From NCBI GenBank assembly GCA_903847975.1, contig CAINFC010000322.1, forward strand, positions 12,405 to 76,404: a stretch of DNA of 64,000 bases. The letters are read 5' to 3'. Positions within the stretch are counted from its first letter, which is position 1. Each line of letters opens with the position of its first letter. This DNA is from an uncultured Acidobacteriota bacterium. GTDB taxonomy: Bacteria > Acidobacteriota > UBA6911 > CAINFC01. The notes beneath the pieces were generated by a model. It did no database searches, was not told the origin of the DNA, and saw only the letters and a program-made list of their open reading frames with translations. Shown in pieces: positions 18,633 to 27,869 of the stretch. A program made the translations under genes and the position numbers.

Positions 18633-20255
18633 TCATCGGTTCATGGTTTGTTTCAGCTTGACGTCAAAAAGATCGCAGAACGGCCGGCGCAGGTTATTTT
18701 TAACTACCGGGCCCCGAACGCTGAATTCGAGGTATTCCCGCTTCACCGGGTCGGCTTTCGGCCAGGCCGGCAGCCCTTTCCTGTTGGGATTGCCGGTTGC
18801 GGCAAACTGCGTCCAGTACTCCTGCATGCGGTCGGAAATAGGGCGGTCGGTTTCTTCCCTTTCCTTATCGGTGAGCATGCCGAACACATAGCGAAGTTCC
18901 AGGGAGTGCCGCGCGCCCTCCGGCTCATAGCCCTGGGTGAATTCGTACTGGTAGACTGGAAATCGGCTGCTGTGCCAGCCGGCAATGGTCTGCGTCGAGC
19001 AGCGAAACCCGGTGTCGGTGGCAAACTGTGCCGCGGCATCCCCGTAAGGCGGGTAAGCATCCGCCGCCGCACCGCCGGCCAGGCCGTATAATTTCATGGC
19101 CTGCGGCGCGAGCGGGCCGTAGAAATCCGCCACCCCTTTTTTCAGAGCTTCCGGCCCGCCGGCCAGAGACCGCTCCCGTCCGTTGTTGCCGATGATCAGG
19201 GGAATCGGCGCCTGGCCACCTTCCTGGAAGACGGCCGCCGGCAGCTTCGGTATCACGTAGCCGTCGACATTGGGCTCCGGGCGGGCCGAGCCCCCGCTGC
19301 CATAGGGCGGCGAGGCTTTCAGGACTTCCCGGGCGGAAAGCCGCCGCATGAAAGCCAGCGCCCCCGGCGAAGGGGCTTTCATTTTTTCAGCCAGAGCCAC
19401 GCCGCGCTGTTCCGCTTCCTTTAAAGAAGGGGTCAGCTGGCCGCGGATGATCACCGTACCGCTTTCGGCAATCGCCCGGTGGAAGAGTCCGCGGGCCAGA
19501 GGCGAGGTCATCATCAGCCCGATATCGTGGGCACCGGCGGACTGGCCGAAAACGGTCACCCGGCCCGGATCTCCGCCGAACTGCGCGATGTTGGCCTGCA
19601 CCCACTGCAGGGCGGCGATCTGGTCCTGCAGGCCGAAATTGCCGGATGTATGGTTCGGCGATTCGGCGGTCATTTCAGGATGGGCCATAAACCCGAGAAT
19701 GCCCAGGCGGTATTCCACGGTCACCACAATCACCCCGTGCCGTGAAAGCCGCTCTCCGTCAAAAGGAGGTTCGATGCCGATGTTTCCCTGGGCCGAACCG
19801 CCGGCGTTCCCGCCGCCGTGCACCCAGAACATCACCGGCAGGCGGCTCCCGGCCGGCCAGGTGGGCGTCCATATATTTAAGGTAAGGCAGTCCTCGCTGC
19901 CGATGGCCGCCACGCGGTCGTTCCAGCCCGCCGGGGCCTGGGCGCAGGGCGCGCCGTATTCCAGGGCGTCGCGCACGCCGTCCCACGGCCGGACCGGCTG
20001 CGGCTCCCGCCAGCGCCATTCCCCGACCGGCGGGGCCGCAAAGGGAATGCCTTTAAACACCGCGCCGCCCGCGGGCGCCGCCCGCAGCCGGCCGCGCACC
20101 TGGCCGCCGGTCACCGCAGCCACCGGATCGCGCCCCGCCGCAGCCAGAGAAAGGACGATCAACGGAAGAAAAAAAATTATGGCAGAAAGGATAAAAAAAT
20201 GAATGGGAGAAAATCGGCAGGGGTCACAGGCCGCTTTTCGTGAGGCTGCACTCAT
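18633..20255 (-). CDS. Carboxylesterase type B (para-nitrobenzyl esterase-like), secreted
   Basis: FKGIPFAAPPVGEWRW, SEDCLTLNIW, WVHGGG oxyanion loop, FGQSAG nucleophile elbow, ARHSLEL catalytic His. Confidence 0.95.
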   Translation of the reverse strand: MSAASRKAACDPCRFSPIHFFILSAIIFFLPLIVLSLAAAGRDPVAAVTGGQVRGRLRAAPAGGAVFKGIPFAAPPVGEWRWREPQPVRPWDGVRDALEYGAPCAQAPAGWNDRVAAIGSEDCLTLNIWTPTWPAGSRLPVMFWVHGGGNAGGSAQGNIGIEPPFDGERLSRHGVIVVTVEYRLGILGFMAHPEMTAESPNHTSGNFGLQDQIAALQWVQANIAQFGGDPGRVTVFGQSAGAHDIGLMMTSPLARGLFHRAIAESGTVIIRGQLTPSLKEAEQRGVALAEKMKAPSPGALAFMRRLSAREVLKASPPYGSGGSARPEPNVDGYVIPKLPAAVFQEGGQAPIPLIIGNNGRERSLAGGPEALKKGVADFYGPLAPQAMKLYGLAGGAAADAYPPYGDAAAQFATDTGFRCSTQTIAGWHSSRFPVYQYEFTQGYEPEGARHSLELRYVFGMLTDKEREETDRPISDRMQEYWTQFAATGNPNRKGLPAWPKADPVKREYLEFSVRGPVVKNNLRRPFCDLFDVKLKQTMNR

Positions 20256-20442
20256 ATTGGGCTCCTTTGAGAATCGTGGCGGATTCTTACCGTTCGCGCT
20301 GGCTTGAGGGTGCTCCGGGGCGGCCCAAAGCCAATTCCTTGCCTGGAGTTCTCCCTTGGGCGTACGGCGGCAAGCCGGATCCTTTTGGCAGCACGCAGCC
20401 TATAAGGCTGTACTCCAGACAAAAGCAGTGAAGGAATGATCC

Positions 20443-20473
20443 GGACGGCCCGGGCGGCAAGCCCGAGCCGTCC
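20443..20473 (-). terminator. GC-rich hairpin downstream of the TonB receptor gene (possible terminator or processing stem)
   Basis: GGACGGC-CCGGGC-GGCAA-GCCCGA-GCCGTCC stem-loop; only a weak U tract. Confidence 0.4.
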
Positions 20474-20488
20474 AGTGATCGGACTGTG

Positions 20489-23400
20489 CTAGAACAGGAT
20501 CTTGGCGCCGAACTCCAGCTGGCGTCCGCTGCCGACGTTGGTCTGCGTTCCGTTCCCCTGGCGGAGAGCGGTGCCGAACAGAGAGCTGGTGGGATCCATG
20601 TTCGGGTCCGCCCGGTTCAGACGGTTGGTCAGGTTGAAAGCGGACATCTTCAACTGGATTTTAAACAGTTCGCCGACCGGGATGGTTTTGCCGACCGAGC
20701 CCTGAATTTCCCAGTAAATCGGACCATGCACATCGTCGTAGGTCCTGGGATTCGACCTCTGGGTGTAAGCCGGCAGCCGGCTGAGCTTGCTGGTATCGAA
20801 CCACTTGGCCGGCGTGGGATTATCCAGCTTGGGGTCTCCGGTAGCCACCATGGGCCCGAACACCAGGATGTTGCCCGAGTTGAAGTACCAGGCGCCGACC
20901 AGCTGCCAGCCGCCGAACAGGTAGTCCAGCACCTTGGGCATCGAGGCGCCGAAGCGGCGTCCTTTGCCGAAGGGGAATTCATAGCTGCCGGCGATCGAGG
21001 CGGAGTGGTGCGGGTTGGCGAAGCCGCTGTTCATCAGCATGCCGGTACCCGCCTGCAGCCAGGACAGTTTGCCCAGATACTGATCCACTTCATCGTAGTA
21101 GCCCTGGACCTTCTCGCGGCGGTAGTTGTAGCCGACCAGGAAGTTGTACCCGTTTTTAAACGGGCGCTGAATCTTGACCTGCAGGGCGTGATACCGCTCC
21201 TTCTGGTTGCTCTGGAAAATTTCCCACAGGCCGCCGTACTGCGGGTAGGGGCGCAGCAGGGTTTTGGTGGCCACGGTCTTCACGTTGCGGTTCGGGCCGG
21301 GGTACTTTTCCGAAGTCAGGTAATTGTAGAAGGGGTTGGCCACCTGGACATCCATTGCGGTTTTGTTGGCGTAACCGATGCGCGGATCCCAGGCGTTGAG
21401 ATCGCGCGGGAACATCGACACGTCGGAGCCCAGGTTCACGAAGTAGGTAAGCTCCGCCACGATCTGGTTCGACAGCTGCCGGGAGAAGGTGATGTTGATG
21501 CGGTCGTTGACCATCCGCTTGAAATCCTTGTTGGCCCAGCCGACATTGGTTTCCCCCAATCCATAATACTTCCCGTAACCTTTGCCTTTGGGAACCAGCA
21601 GCGGGTTGGAAGCCGGGAACGGGTTGGAAATGGTGGCCTGGGGAACCCCCTGGTTCAGCGGCAGCACATTCTGCAGAGCGTCGAACCCCATATAGGGCGC
21701 TTCCAGGAAGCTCATGTTCCCCAACCCGGAATAGAGGTTCCCGCCGAGAATGAAATTGGATTCCGAGGGAGCCACAAACCGGGCCCATCCGGCACGGATG
21801 GCGGTCTGGTCGTTGGCCCGGAAGGCAACGCCCAGGCGCGGCATGAAGACCAGCTTCTGGGTGTCCCAGATTCCCTTGTGATCGGAGGTCACAAAGCTCC
21901 AGGCTCCGTTCCAGTTCGGGGCGGAGGTCCGCAGGGCGGTCACCGAGGCGGGAAGCGTCGGCGGCGCGCTGGAAATATCCGAATTGGCGGCGGTCAGGTC
22001 CATGCCGATGGAGCCGTTCTGGCCGGGATCGCTCCAGGGGGTATCCATTTCGTAGCGCAGCCCGAGGTTCAGCGTGATGCGGCGGTTCACTTTCCAGTCG
22101 TCCTGGAAATAGAGGCCGTACATGTTGGTCTCCATGGCCCGGGTCGGCTTGGTCTGTCCGTAGGAGTTCTCCCGGAGTGCGCCCAGGAGGAAGGTGGCAT
22201 ACTCGTGGCCCACCAGCTGGGTGTTGGGGCTGAGGTAGGTATCGGCCGTCAGATCGGCGGGAAAGTAGAAATTCCACTTGCTGGTGTTCACCAGGCTGAT
22301 GCCGCCGCTGTGGCGCATCTGGTAGCCGGCTTTCATGAAATGCGCGCCGCGCTGCTGGGAGATCTGGGAGTTCCAGCTCCAGCCGCCGGGGTGCTGGTAC
22401 CAGATACCGGTGCGGCCGACCGAGCTGGTCGGGTTGGCTCCGATATTGAGAGAGGGGAAGAAAGTAGGAAACTCGTTCTGCTCGAACGGCTTGTACCAGT
22501 TGCTGTTCGGCCAGTACTTGGAGAAGCCGCTCGGGCCCAGATCCTTGGTCGGAGCCGCAAAGTCGTCGTCCAGCTTGTGCCAGGTGAAGCCGAGGTTGAC
22601 CACCACGGTCTGGCTGGCAGTCCAGATGGCGTTCCCGGAATAGCTGTAGGCGTTCCGGAAGCTCCCCTGCGGGATGTAAAACTCGTTCGGGTACAGGATA
22701 TCGTCCACCCGGTCCGAAGTGGTTTTGAAAATGCTGTAACGGCCGTAAATCCGCAGCTTGTCGTTCAGGTACCAGTCGACGCGGTCGGAAAGGTTCCAGT
22801 AGTCGTAGGAATCCTTGTAGGTGGCCGAAAAGTTATTCACTCCGGTGATGTTGTCGGGAGTGCGGTTCGGCTTCCACAAAGAGGCCATCACTCTCGAAGA
22901 GAGCGCGTCGAAGCGGGTAGCGGGGATTTTATTGCCGGCAAACGGGGTTCGGGTAACTTTGCCGCTGGCGTCTACCACGGTGGTCCACGGGTCGTAGATC
23001 ACCCGCAGGTCGCCCTTGGTATTCTTGGACTGGGAGAAGTCCCCCTGCCGCTCCAGGTCGGTAGGCATCGTCAAAGTCATGGTCAACGGAGTGCGCAGCC
23101 GCCAGGCCTCATAGCTTACGAAATTGAATAGCTTGTTCTTGATGATGGCGTTGCCCAGCGTCCCGCCGAGGATGTTGTTGCGGGTGGCGGTGTTGGTCCG
23201 CTGGGTGCGGTCGGACATGGCATTCCAGTTCGGCTCGCGGTGCACCCAGAAGGCGGTTCCGTGCCAGTCGTTGGTACCGGACTTCAGGGTCATGCTGACG
23301 CTGCCCCCGGCGCTGTGGCCGACTTCGGCATCGACGGCGTTCTGCTGCACGTTGACTTCCTGGATGGAGTCGGTGTTGGGCACGTAGCTGGCCTTGTAGC

Positions 23401-24025
23401 CCACGCCGATGGCGCTGCCGTCGACCTGCAGGTCATTCTTCTTGTCCGTGCCGCCGCCCATTTCGATGCTGTTGGCGGCCCAGGAGAGGAAGGGGTTCAC
23501 TTCGTTGCGGCGGGTGTCCTGCACCGCCGGATTGAGATAAGTCAACTTGAAAGGATTGCGGTCCAGCCGGGGAAGCTCCGAGGCCAGCTTGGTATCGACC
23601 GTCAGAGCGATATTGGTGGTATTAAAGGACACCGCCACCGGACTTTCCGTTACCGTGACGGTCTCGGAAATGGCGCCCACTTTGAGGGCCACATTGACGG
23701 TGATGTCGGCCTGTGCCTGAACGGTAATGTTCTCCTGCACATATTTGCTGAAGCCGGACATCTCCACGGTAACAGTGTAGGAACCCGGATCGACGAAGTC
23801 GAAACGGTAGAGTCCGGCATCGTTGGTTACTTTGACCGTCTGAACGTTGGTATGGATGTTCAGCAGAGTCACTGTGGCCCCGGGAATCACCGCCTGGGAC
23901 GAATCGGTCACCAGGCCCTGAATCTTGCCGCGGAATTCCTGGCCGGCAACCGTCCAACAGAGCAGCGGCAGCAGCAGCAGCAGAACCAGGGAAATAAATG
24001 GCACAAAACGTCTGATCTTCTTCAT
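20489..24025 (-). CDS. TonB-dependent receptor, acidobacterial Oar-like type with N-terminal carboxypeptidase-regulatory domain
   Basis: Signal peptide; GKIQGLVTDSSQAVIPGATVTL; plug NTDSIQEVNV...DAEVGHSAGG...KSGTN; YFQDDWKV; C-terminal GRQLEFGAKILF. Confidence 0.95.
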   Translation of the reverse strand: MKKIRRFVPFISLVLLLLLPLLCWTVAGQEFRGKIQGLVTDSSQAVIPGATVTLLNIHTNVQTVKVTNDAGLYRFDFVDPGSYTVTVEMSGFSKYVQENITVQAQADITVNVALKVGAISETVTVTESPVAVSFNTTNIALTVDTKLASELPRLDRNPFKLTYLNPAVQDTRRNEVNPFLSWAANSIEMGGGTDKKNDLQVDGSAIGVGYKASYVPNTDSIQEVNVQQNAVDAEVGHSAGGSVSMTLKSGTNDWHGTAFWVHREPNWNAMSDRTQRTNTATRNNILGGTLGNAIIKNKLFNFVSYEAWRLRTPLTMTLTMPTDLERQGDFSQSKNTKGDLRVIYDPWTTVVDASGKVTRTPFAGNKIPATRFDALSSRVMASLWKPNRTPDNITGVNNFSATYKDSYDYWNLSDRVDWYLNDKLRIYGRYSIFKTTSDRVDDILYPNEFYIPQGSFRNAYSYSGNAIWTASQTVVVNLGFTWHKLDDDFAAPTKDLGPSGFSKYWPNSNWYKPFEQNEFPTFFPSLNIGANPTSSVGRTGIWYQHPGGWSWNSQISQQRGAHFMKAGYQMRHSGGISLVNTSKWNFYFPADLTADTYLSPNTQLVGHEYATFLLGALRENSYGQTKPTRAMETNMYGLYFQDDWKVNRRITLNLGLRYEMDTPWSDPGQNGSIGMDLTAANSDISSAPPTLPASVTALRTSAPNWNGAWSFVTSDHKGIWDTQKLVFMPRLGVAFRANDQTAIRAGWARFVAPSESNFILGGNLYSGLGNMSFLEAPYMGFDALQNVLPLNQGVPQATISNPFPASNPLLVPKGKGYGKYYGLGETNVGWANKDFKRMVNDRINITFSRQLSNQIVAELTYFVNLGSDVSMFPRDLNAWDPRIGYANKTAMDVQVANPFYNYLTSEKYPGPNRNVKTVATKTLLRPYPQYGGLWEIFQSNQKERYHALQVKIQRPFKNGYNFLVGYNYRREKVQGYYDEVDQYLGKLSWLQAGTGMLMNSGFANPHHSASIAGSYEFPFGKGRRFGASMPKVLDYLFGGWQLVGAWYFNSGNILVFGPMVATGDPKLDNPTPAKWFDTSKLSRLPAYTQRSNPRTYDDVHGPIYWEIQGSVGKTIPVGELFKIQLKMSAFNLTNRLNRADPNMDPTSSLFGTALRQGNGTQTNVGSGRQLEFGAKILF

Positions 24026-24190
24026 TCAACCTCCTAAAGCCCAAACATGACGCTTGTTTACGCAGGCACAAAAAGATGCAGCATACCTGAACGAAACAGC
24101 ACAACTCCGGTCTGAGGGGGGACGGAAACGATTTTCCGTCCAAGGAAGCCCCGGACCTGATGCTGTAAGCATAGCGGACGTTCCTTCCAC

Positions 24191-24231
24191 AACCTATTCG
24201 AAATTGGAAAATGATTATTCCGATATGGAAT
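24191..24231 (-). promoter_or_regulatory. Paired LysR-type boxes upstream of the TonB receptor gene
   Basis: Perfect ATTC-N7-GAAT at 24217-24231 and degenerate ATTC-N7-GAAA at 24196-24210 (21 bp spacing); candidate -10 TATGCT at 24168-24173 on the minus strand. Confidence 0.7.
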
Positions 24232-24274
24232 CAGATTTTTCCCGGGGAAGAACCCCTCCGCGCAAGGAAAATCC

Positions 24275-25789
24275 TTATTCCCGGGCAATCACCAGGCGAT
24301 AGGTGCGGACCGCCCCCTGCGCCGGGGTGACCGCGATTTCCACAGCATTTTCCCCCTTCTTCAGATCCGCCCGGGCGGCGGCCCCCGACTTTGCCTCCTT
24401 GCCGTTGATGGTGATCGCTTTATGATCGGCGTGATAGGCCGTGGGGGTTATTTCCACCTGGGCAACACCCGCCGGGACCGTGGCGGTGTAGCCGGTCTGG
24501 AAAGAGGAGAAAACGGGCCGGGGGATGACGGCCCTGCCGTCCGCAGTCTGTACTCGGAGGAAACCCAGGGCGGCCGGATCGGTTACCAGGTTTTTGGGGT
24601 TGTACCACAGGCCGGCCAGCCCGACATTGGCCTGGCGAAGTTCGGTAGCCCGGCCGTCGCGAACCGTCTTCGCCGGCTTGCCTTCCAGCTCCCCGCGCAG
24701 CACTTTTTCCGCGGCGATTCTCATGTCGGTGATCAGCTGCTTGCCGGCGGCGCCGTGGAGCGGAGTTTTTTCCTGGTAGTGGTGCCCGACCAGCAGGGTC
24801 AGCCCGCTCAGGCGGCGGATCCGGGCTTCCGCCCGCTTGAGCCCCGCCAGGTACTGGTCCAGGGCGGCGCAGGTCGGGGCGAACATGTACACCATGCTGC
24901 CGGAGCTGATCCCGTCCCCGGTGACAGCGATGCGGTTGGCTTCATCGAGAAAAATCACGCAGCCCAGGGAATGACCGGGAACCGCCAGAACTTCGAATTT
25001 CCTCCCGGCACCGATATCGATGACGTCGCCGTCCTTGATCCACTTGTACCGGCTGTTGACCAGGGCCGGGGGCAGGCGGGTCACATCCAGGTCGCTCAGG
25101 TATACGGTGGCCTCCGGAAACTGGTCAACCTGCAGGAAGTGGTCGCGGTTGCCGTGGGTGATGGCCACATCGACCGGAAGGCGCGTCAGCTTCTTCACGT
25201 AGGCCGCCAGGTCTCCCCGACCCATGCCGGTATCGAACAGCAGGGCCCGGTCTTTCCCTTCAATCAGGTACATGTCTTCGTTGGAAACGAAGCCGCCGAA
25301 GTCCTGGATGCGCCACATCCCCTTGCCGATCGGCTCGGACCAGTATTCCCTGGACAGGTCCTTCTGGTCCACCGCCAGCTGGTAAGTCGTGGCCGGTCCG
25401 CCTCCCCCGGGAGACAGCACAATACGGACCGGGTTGACGCCCGGCTTGAGGCGGACCTTGACCGGCTCTCCCGGCTGGGCCTCGGTGTCGTTGATCTTCA
25501 GGCTGCCGTGGCCGCCGGCGGCCACCCGGGCGGTAATCACCACGTAAGAGGTGTAGCTGGCGTCCACCGTCGCGGTGTAATTCCGATTCTCCGGAGAAAA
25601 TTTCTCGTGAAGCGGAATGACAAACCGCTCGATGTCGGTCTTGTCGGCGGCCAGTTCCAGGCCGCTCAGCTGCAGAGCGGAGGCGCAGTGCGCCGGATGA
25701 ATCCACAGGCAGAAAAACAGCGCAGACATGCAGAGCGGAACGAGATTTCCTGGCATCATGGGAGACCTTTCCCTTCCTTTATTTTCCAT
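24275..25789 (-). CDS. Secreted MBL-fold metallo-hydrolase flanked by two cadherin-like beta-sandwich domains
   Basis: Start at 25789 or 25759; MYLIEGKDRALLFDTG, THGNRDH, PGHSLG, TGDGI; N- and C-terminal Y.ATV......V.IT...LK.G.N.V.I.V repeats. Confidence 0.85.
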   Translation of the reverse strand: MENKGRERSPMMPGNLVPLCMSALFFCLWIHPAHCASALQLSGLELAADKTDIERFVIPLHEKFSPENRNYTATVDASYTSYVVITARVAAGGHGSLKINDTEAQPGEPVKVRLKPGVNPVRIVLSPGGGGPATTYQLAVDQKDLSREYWSEPIGKGMWRIQDFGGFVSNEDMYLIEGKDRALLFDTGMGRGDLAAYVKKLTRLPVDVAITHGNRDHFLQVDQFPEATVYLSDLDVTRLPPALVNSRYKWIKDGDVIDIGAGRKFEVLAVPGHSLGCVIFLDEANRIAVTGDGISSGSMVYMFAPTCAALDQYLAGLKRAEARIRRLSGLTLLVGHHYQEKTPLHGAAGKQLITDMRIAAEKVLRGELEGKPAKTVRDGRATELRQANVGLAGLWYNPKNLVTDPAALGFLRVQTADGRAVIPRPVFSSFQTGYTATVPAGVAQVEITPTAYHADHKAITINGKEAKSGAAARADLKKGENAVEIAVTPAQGAVRTYRLVIARE

Positions 25790-25848
25790 GTTGTTCCTAC
25801 CGGATCCCGCGAGAAGGCGGAAGCATACCGGGCCATGCCGGCCCTGCA

Positions 25849-25913
25849 AAACTAGCACTTCCGCCAGAGGAGGTTCAATTCCATTTATGATAATATGCAT
25901 TCCAAAATAGAAT
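25849..25913. promoter_or_regulatory. Paired LysR-type boxes and divergent promoter between the MBL gene and lysR
   Basis: Perfect ATTC-N7-GAAT at 25899-25913 and degenerate ATTC-N7-GATA at 25878-25892 (21 bp spacing); minus-strand -35 TTGAAC (25873-25878) and -10 TAGTTT (25849-25854). Confidence 0.75.
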
Positions 25914-25926
25914 AGTTTAAGGAATC

Positions 25927-26826
25927 ATGGAAATCCGTCAGGTTCAATATTTCTTAGCCATCGCCGAGAAGGGCAGCTTTTCCGCGGCTTCGGAGGAGCT
26001 TTATATTTCCCAGTCGGCTCTATCCAAGCAGATCATGGCCCTGGAAAAGGAGCTGGGCTTTGCCCTCTTCGACCGCAACAAGCGGAAAATTTCGATGACC
26101 GCCGCCGGGGAGGCCTTTCTGAAATATGGCCGCAGGCTGAACCAGGTCTACCTGGACATGACCCGCGAGCTGACCCGCTTCAAGACGACTTCCCCTCTGT
26201 CCATCGCCGCCATTCCCGTGGTCGCCGAATACGGGATTACCTCCTGCCTGGCCCGGTTCCGAAGCGCCCACCCGCAGATTCACTTCGCCATGGAAGAGCG
26301 CGAAGCGTTCACCATCCCCCCCGCCCTGCAAAGCCACCAGTTCGAACTGGCCTTCCTCCGCGAAAACTACCTGCCGAAATCGCTTCAACCGGTTCTGGAA
26401 ATCTGCCGGGATAAAATGGTGGTGACCCTTTCCCAAAAGCACCGCCTGGCCGGACGAAAATCGCTACGGCTGGAGGAGTTGTCCGATCAGAATTTCATTC
26501 TTTTCGAAAAAGGAACCGTCATTCATGAGATTTCCATGGATGCCTTTCGCCGCGCCGGCTTCAAGCCCAAAATCGCTTATACCGGCCTGCGGGCCCAAAG
26601 CGTCCTCTCCTCGGTGGCATCCCAGGATGGAATCGCCCTGATGATGGAAAGAGTCCTTGATTACCACAGCCACCCCGGAATCGTTTCGATTCCTCTGCAG
26701 GAGCCCATCGAGAGCCGGATCCTGCTGGTCGCATCGAAAAACAAGGAGCTTTCCAAGCCGGCCCGGATTTTTATCGAATTTCTTACCGCCGATTTGCGCC
26801 GGGGAAACGCGAAAGCCCGCGGCTAG
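25927..26826 (+). CDS. LysR-family transcriptional regulator
   Basis: MEIRQVQYFLAIAEKGSFSAASEELYISQSALSKQIMALEKELGFALFDR HTH; substrate-binding domain. Confidence 0.97.
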   Translation: MEIRQVQYFLAIAEKGSFSAASEELYISQSALSKQIMALEKELGFALFDRNKRKISMTAAGEAFLKYGRRLNQVYLDMTRELTRFKTTSPLSIAAIPVVAEYGITSCLARFRSAHPQIHFAMEEREAFTIPPALQSHQFELAFLRENYLPKSLQPVLEICRDKMVVTLSQKHRLAGRKSLRLEELSDQNFILFEKGTVIHEISMDAFRRAGFKPKIAYTGLRAQSVLSSVASQDGIALMMERVLDYHSHPGIVSIPLQEPIESRILLVASKNKELSKPARIFIEFLTADLRRGNAKARG

Positions 26827-26851
26827 CAGCAGCCGACGGCACGCCCTCTGC

Positions 26852-27029
26852 AATAGCCCGGCAAAAGGTCCCTCTTCCCAGCCGAAATGGGGTGATTGTT
26901 TCTTTCGCCCTTCCTGATCTTCCCGCCTTCCTGTGAAATGATCGGGCTCATAGAAAGATATGGAAGAGCGGGAAGAAAAGCGAAAGGGTCTGTCGCCAGG
27001 AGGCGGTGATTTTTTACGAATTTGTCCTT
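26852..27029 (-). mobile_element. Miniature inverted-repeat element, family A, copy 1
   Basis: Ends AATAGCCCGGCAAAAGGTC / TTTTTTACGAATTTGTC; core is the reverse complement of the copies at 27547 and 34642 (TTCACAGGAAG.CGGGAAGATCAGGAAG). Confidence 0.7.
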
Positions 27030-27032
27030 GCC

Positions 27033-27135
27033 GATGACCCGGCAAAAAGTCGCCTTCTCGCGGAAACCCTGCAAGGGGTTCCTGGGAATTCTCACGATTA
27101 TTACGGTTCGCATCCCGGACTTTTGTCGAGCCGGC
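27033..27135. repeat. Short element with the same terminal motif and an internal hairpin
   Basis: GATGACCCGGCAAAAAGTC ... GACTTTTGTCGAGCC; internal AACCCT-GCA-AGGGGTT. Confidence 0.5.
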
Positions 27136-27141
27136 AGGAAA

Positions 27142-27455
27142 GATAGCTTCGCAAAAAATCGTTTTTTCGTCCGGTTCTGCCGTCCCGCTGGGACTTGCCC
27201 CGTGCGGAAGCCAACCCGGCAATAAATTGCCGGGCTACAATCTTGCCGTCCCTTACGGGACTATGCCTCGGGAAAACAGTCCTGTGCCGGTTTACGCGGG
27301 GCATCCCAAGGCCATGGCGGAGCACAACGCTACAATCTCGGCTATCTCGCCCCGTATGGCACTGACGCAAGTCCCGTAAGGGACGGCAGATTGTGGCCCG
27401 GCACGTGAGTGCCGGGTTGGGGCAGGAGCAACCCAAGTCCCATCGGGACGGCAGA
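27142..27455. mobile_element. Palindrome-rich miniature element, family B, copy 1
   Basis: Repeated GTCCC-N3-GGGAC and CCCGGC-N-GCCGGG palindromes; collinear with the copy at 43430-43674. Confidence 0.75.
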
Positions 27456-27546
27456 ACAAAATGAAATTTCGAAGGATGATGCCCCGGCAAAAAGTCACAC
27501 ATCTTCGAATTTCCGTTGGGGAAGGCCCTATGGGGTTACCAGCGAT

Positions 27547-27702
27547 GATAAATTCGTAAAAACTCACCGTCTCCAGGCGGCAGAAGCTTTCGTCTTTCTT
27601 CCTGTGCGTCCTATCTGTTCACAGGAAGACGGGAAGATCAGGAAGGAAGAAAGAAGCCACACTTGTATTTTGGAAGGGGGAAGGGACTTTTTACGGGTCG
27701 TC
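27547..27702 (+). mobile_element. Miniature inverted-repeat element, family A, copy 2
   Basis: GATAAATTCGTAAAAACTC ... GACTTTTTACGGGTCGTC ends; TTCACAGGAAGACGGGAAGATCAGGAAGGAAGAAAGAAGCCA shared exactly with the copy at 34642. Confidence 0.75.
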
Positions 27703-27869
27703 GCCAGGGCCGGCATCGGAAAAAACAGGGTCCGGCTCTGCCCTACCGATGCGGCCAGGCGACTATTTCGTTGTCCGCTTATTGCGGTGCGGATGGATAT
27801 GGATTACCATCAATTTCAAATACGGCAGAGTTCTCCGCGGACACCCCGAAGGCGCCAAGAGGAATAAAA

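Noticed and set aside
20486-23131. Long antisense ORFs (for example 20486-23131, 43924-46275, 40617-43364, 30100-32187, 10226-12085)
   Set aside because: Shadow frames opposite well-supported genes in GC-rich DNA; no recognisable motifs
26852-27702. Repeat cluster as a CRISPR array or a full IS element
   Set aside because: No regularly spaced identical repeats with unique spacers, no cas genes and no transposase ORF; short ORFs here are translations of the repeats
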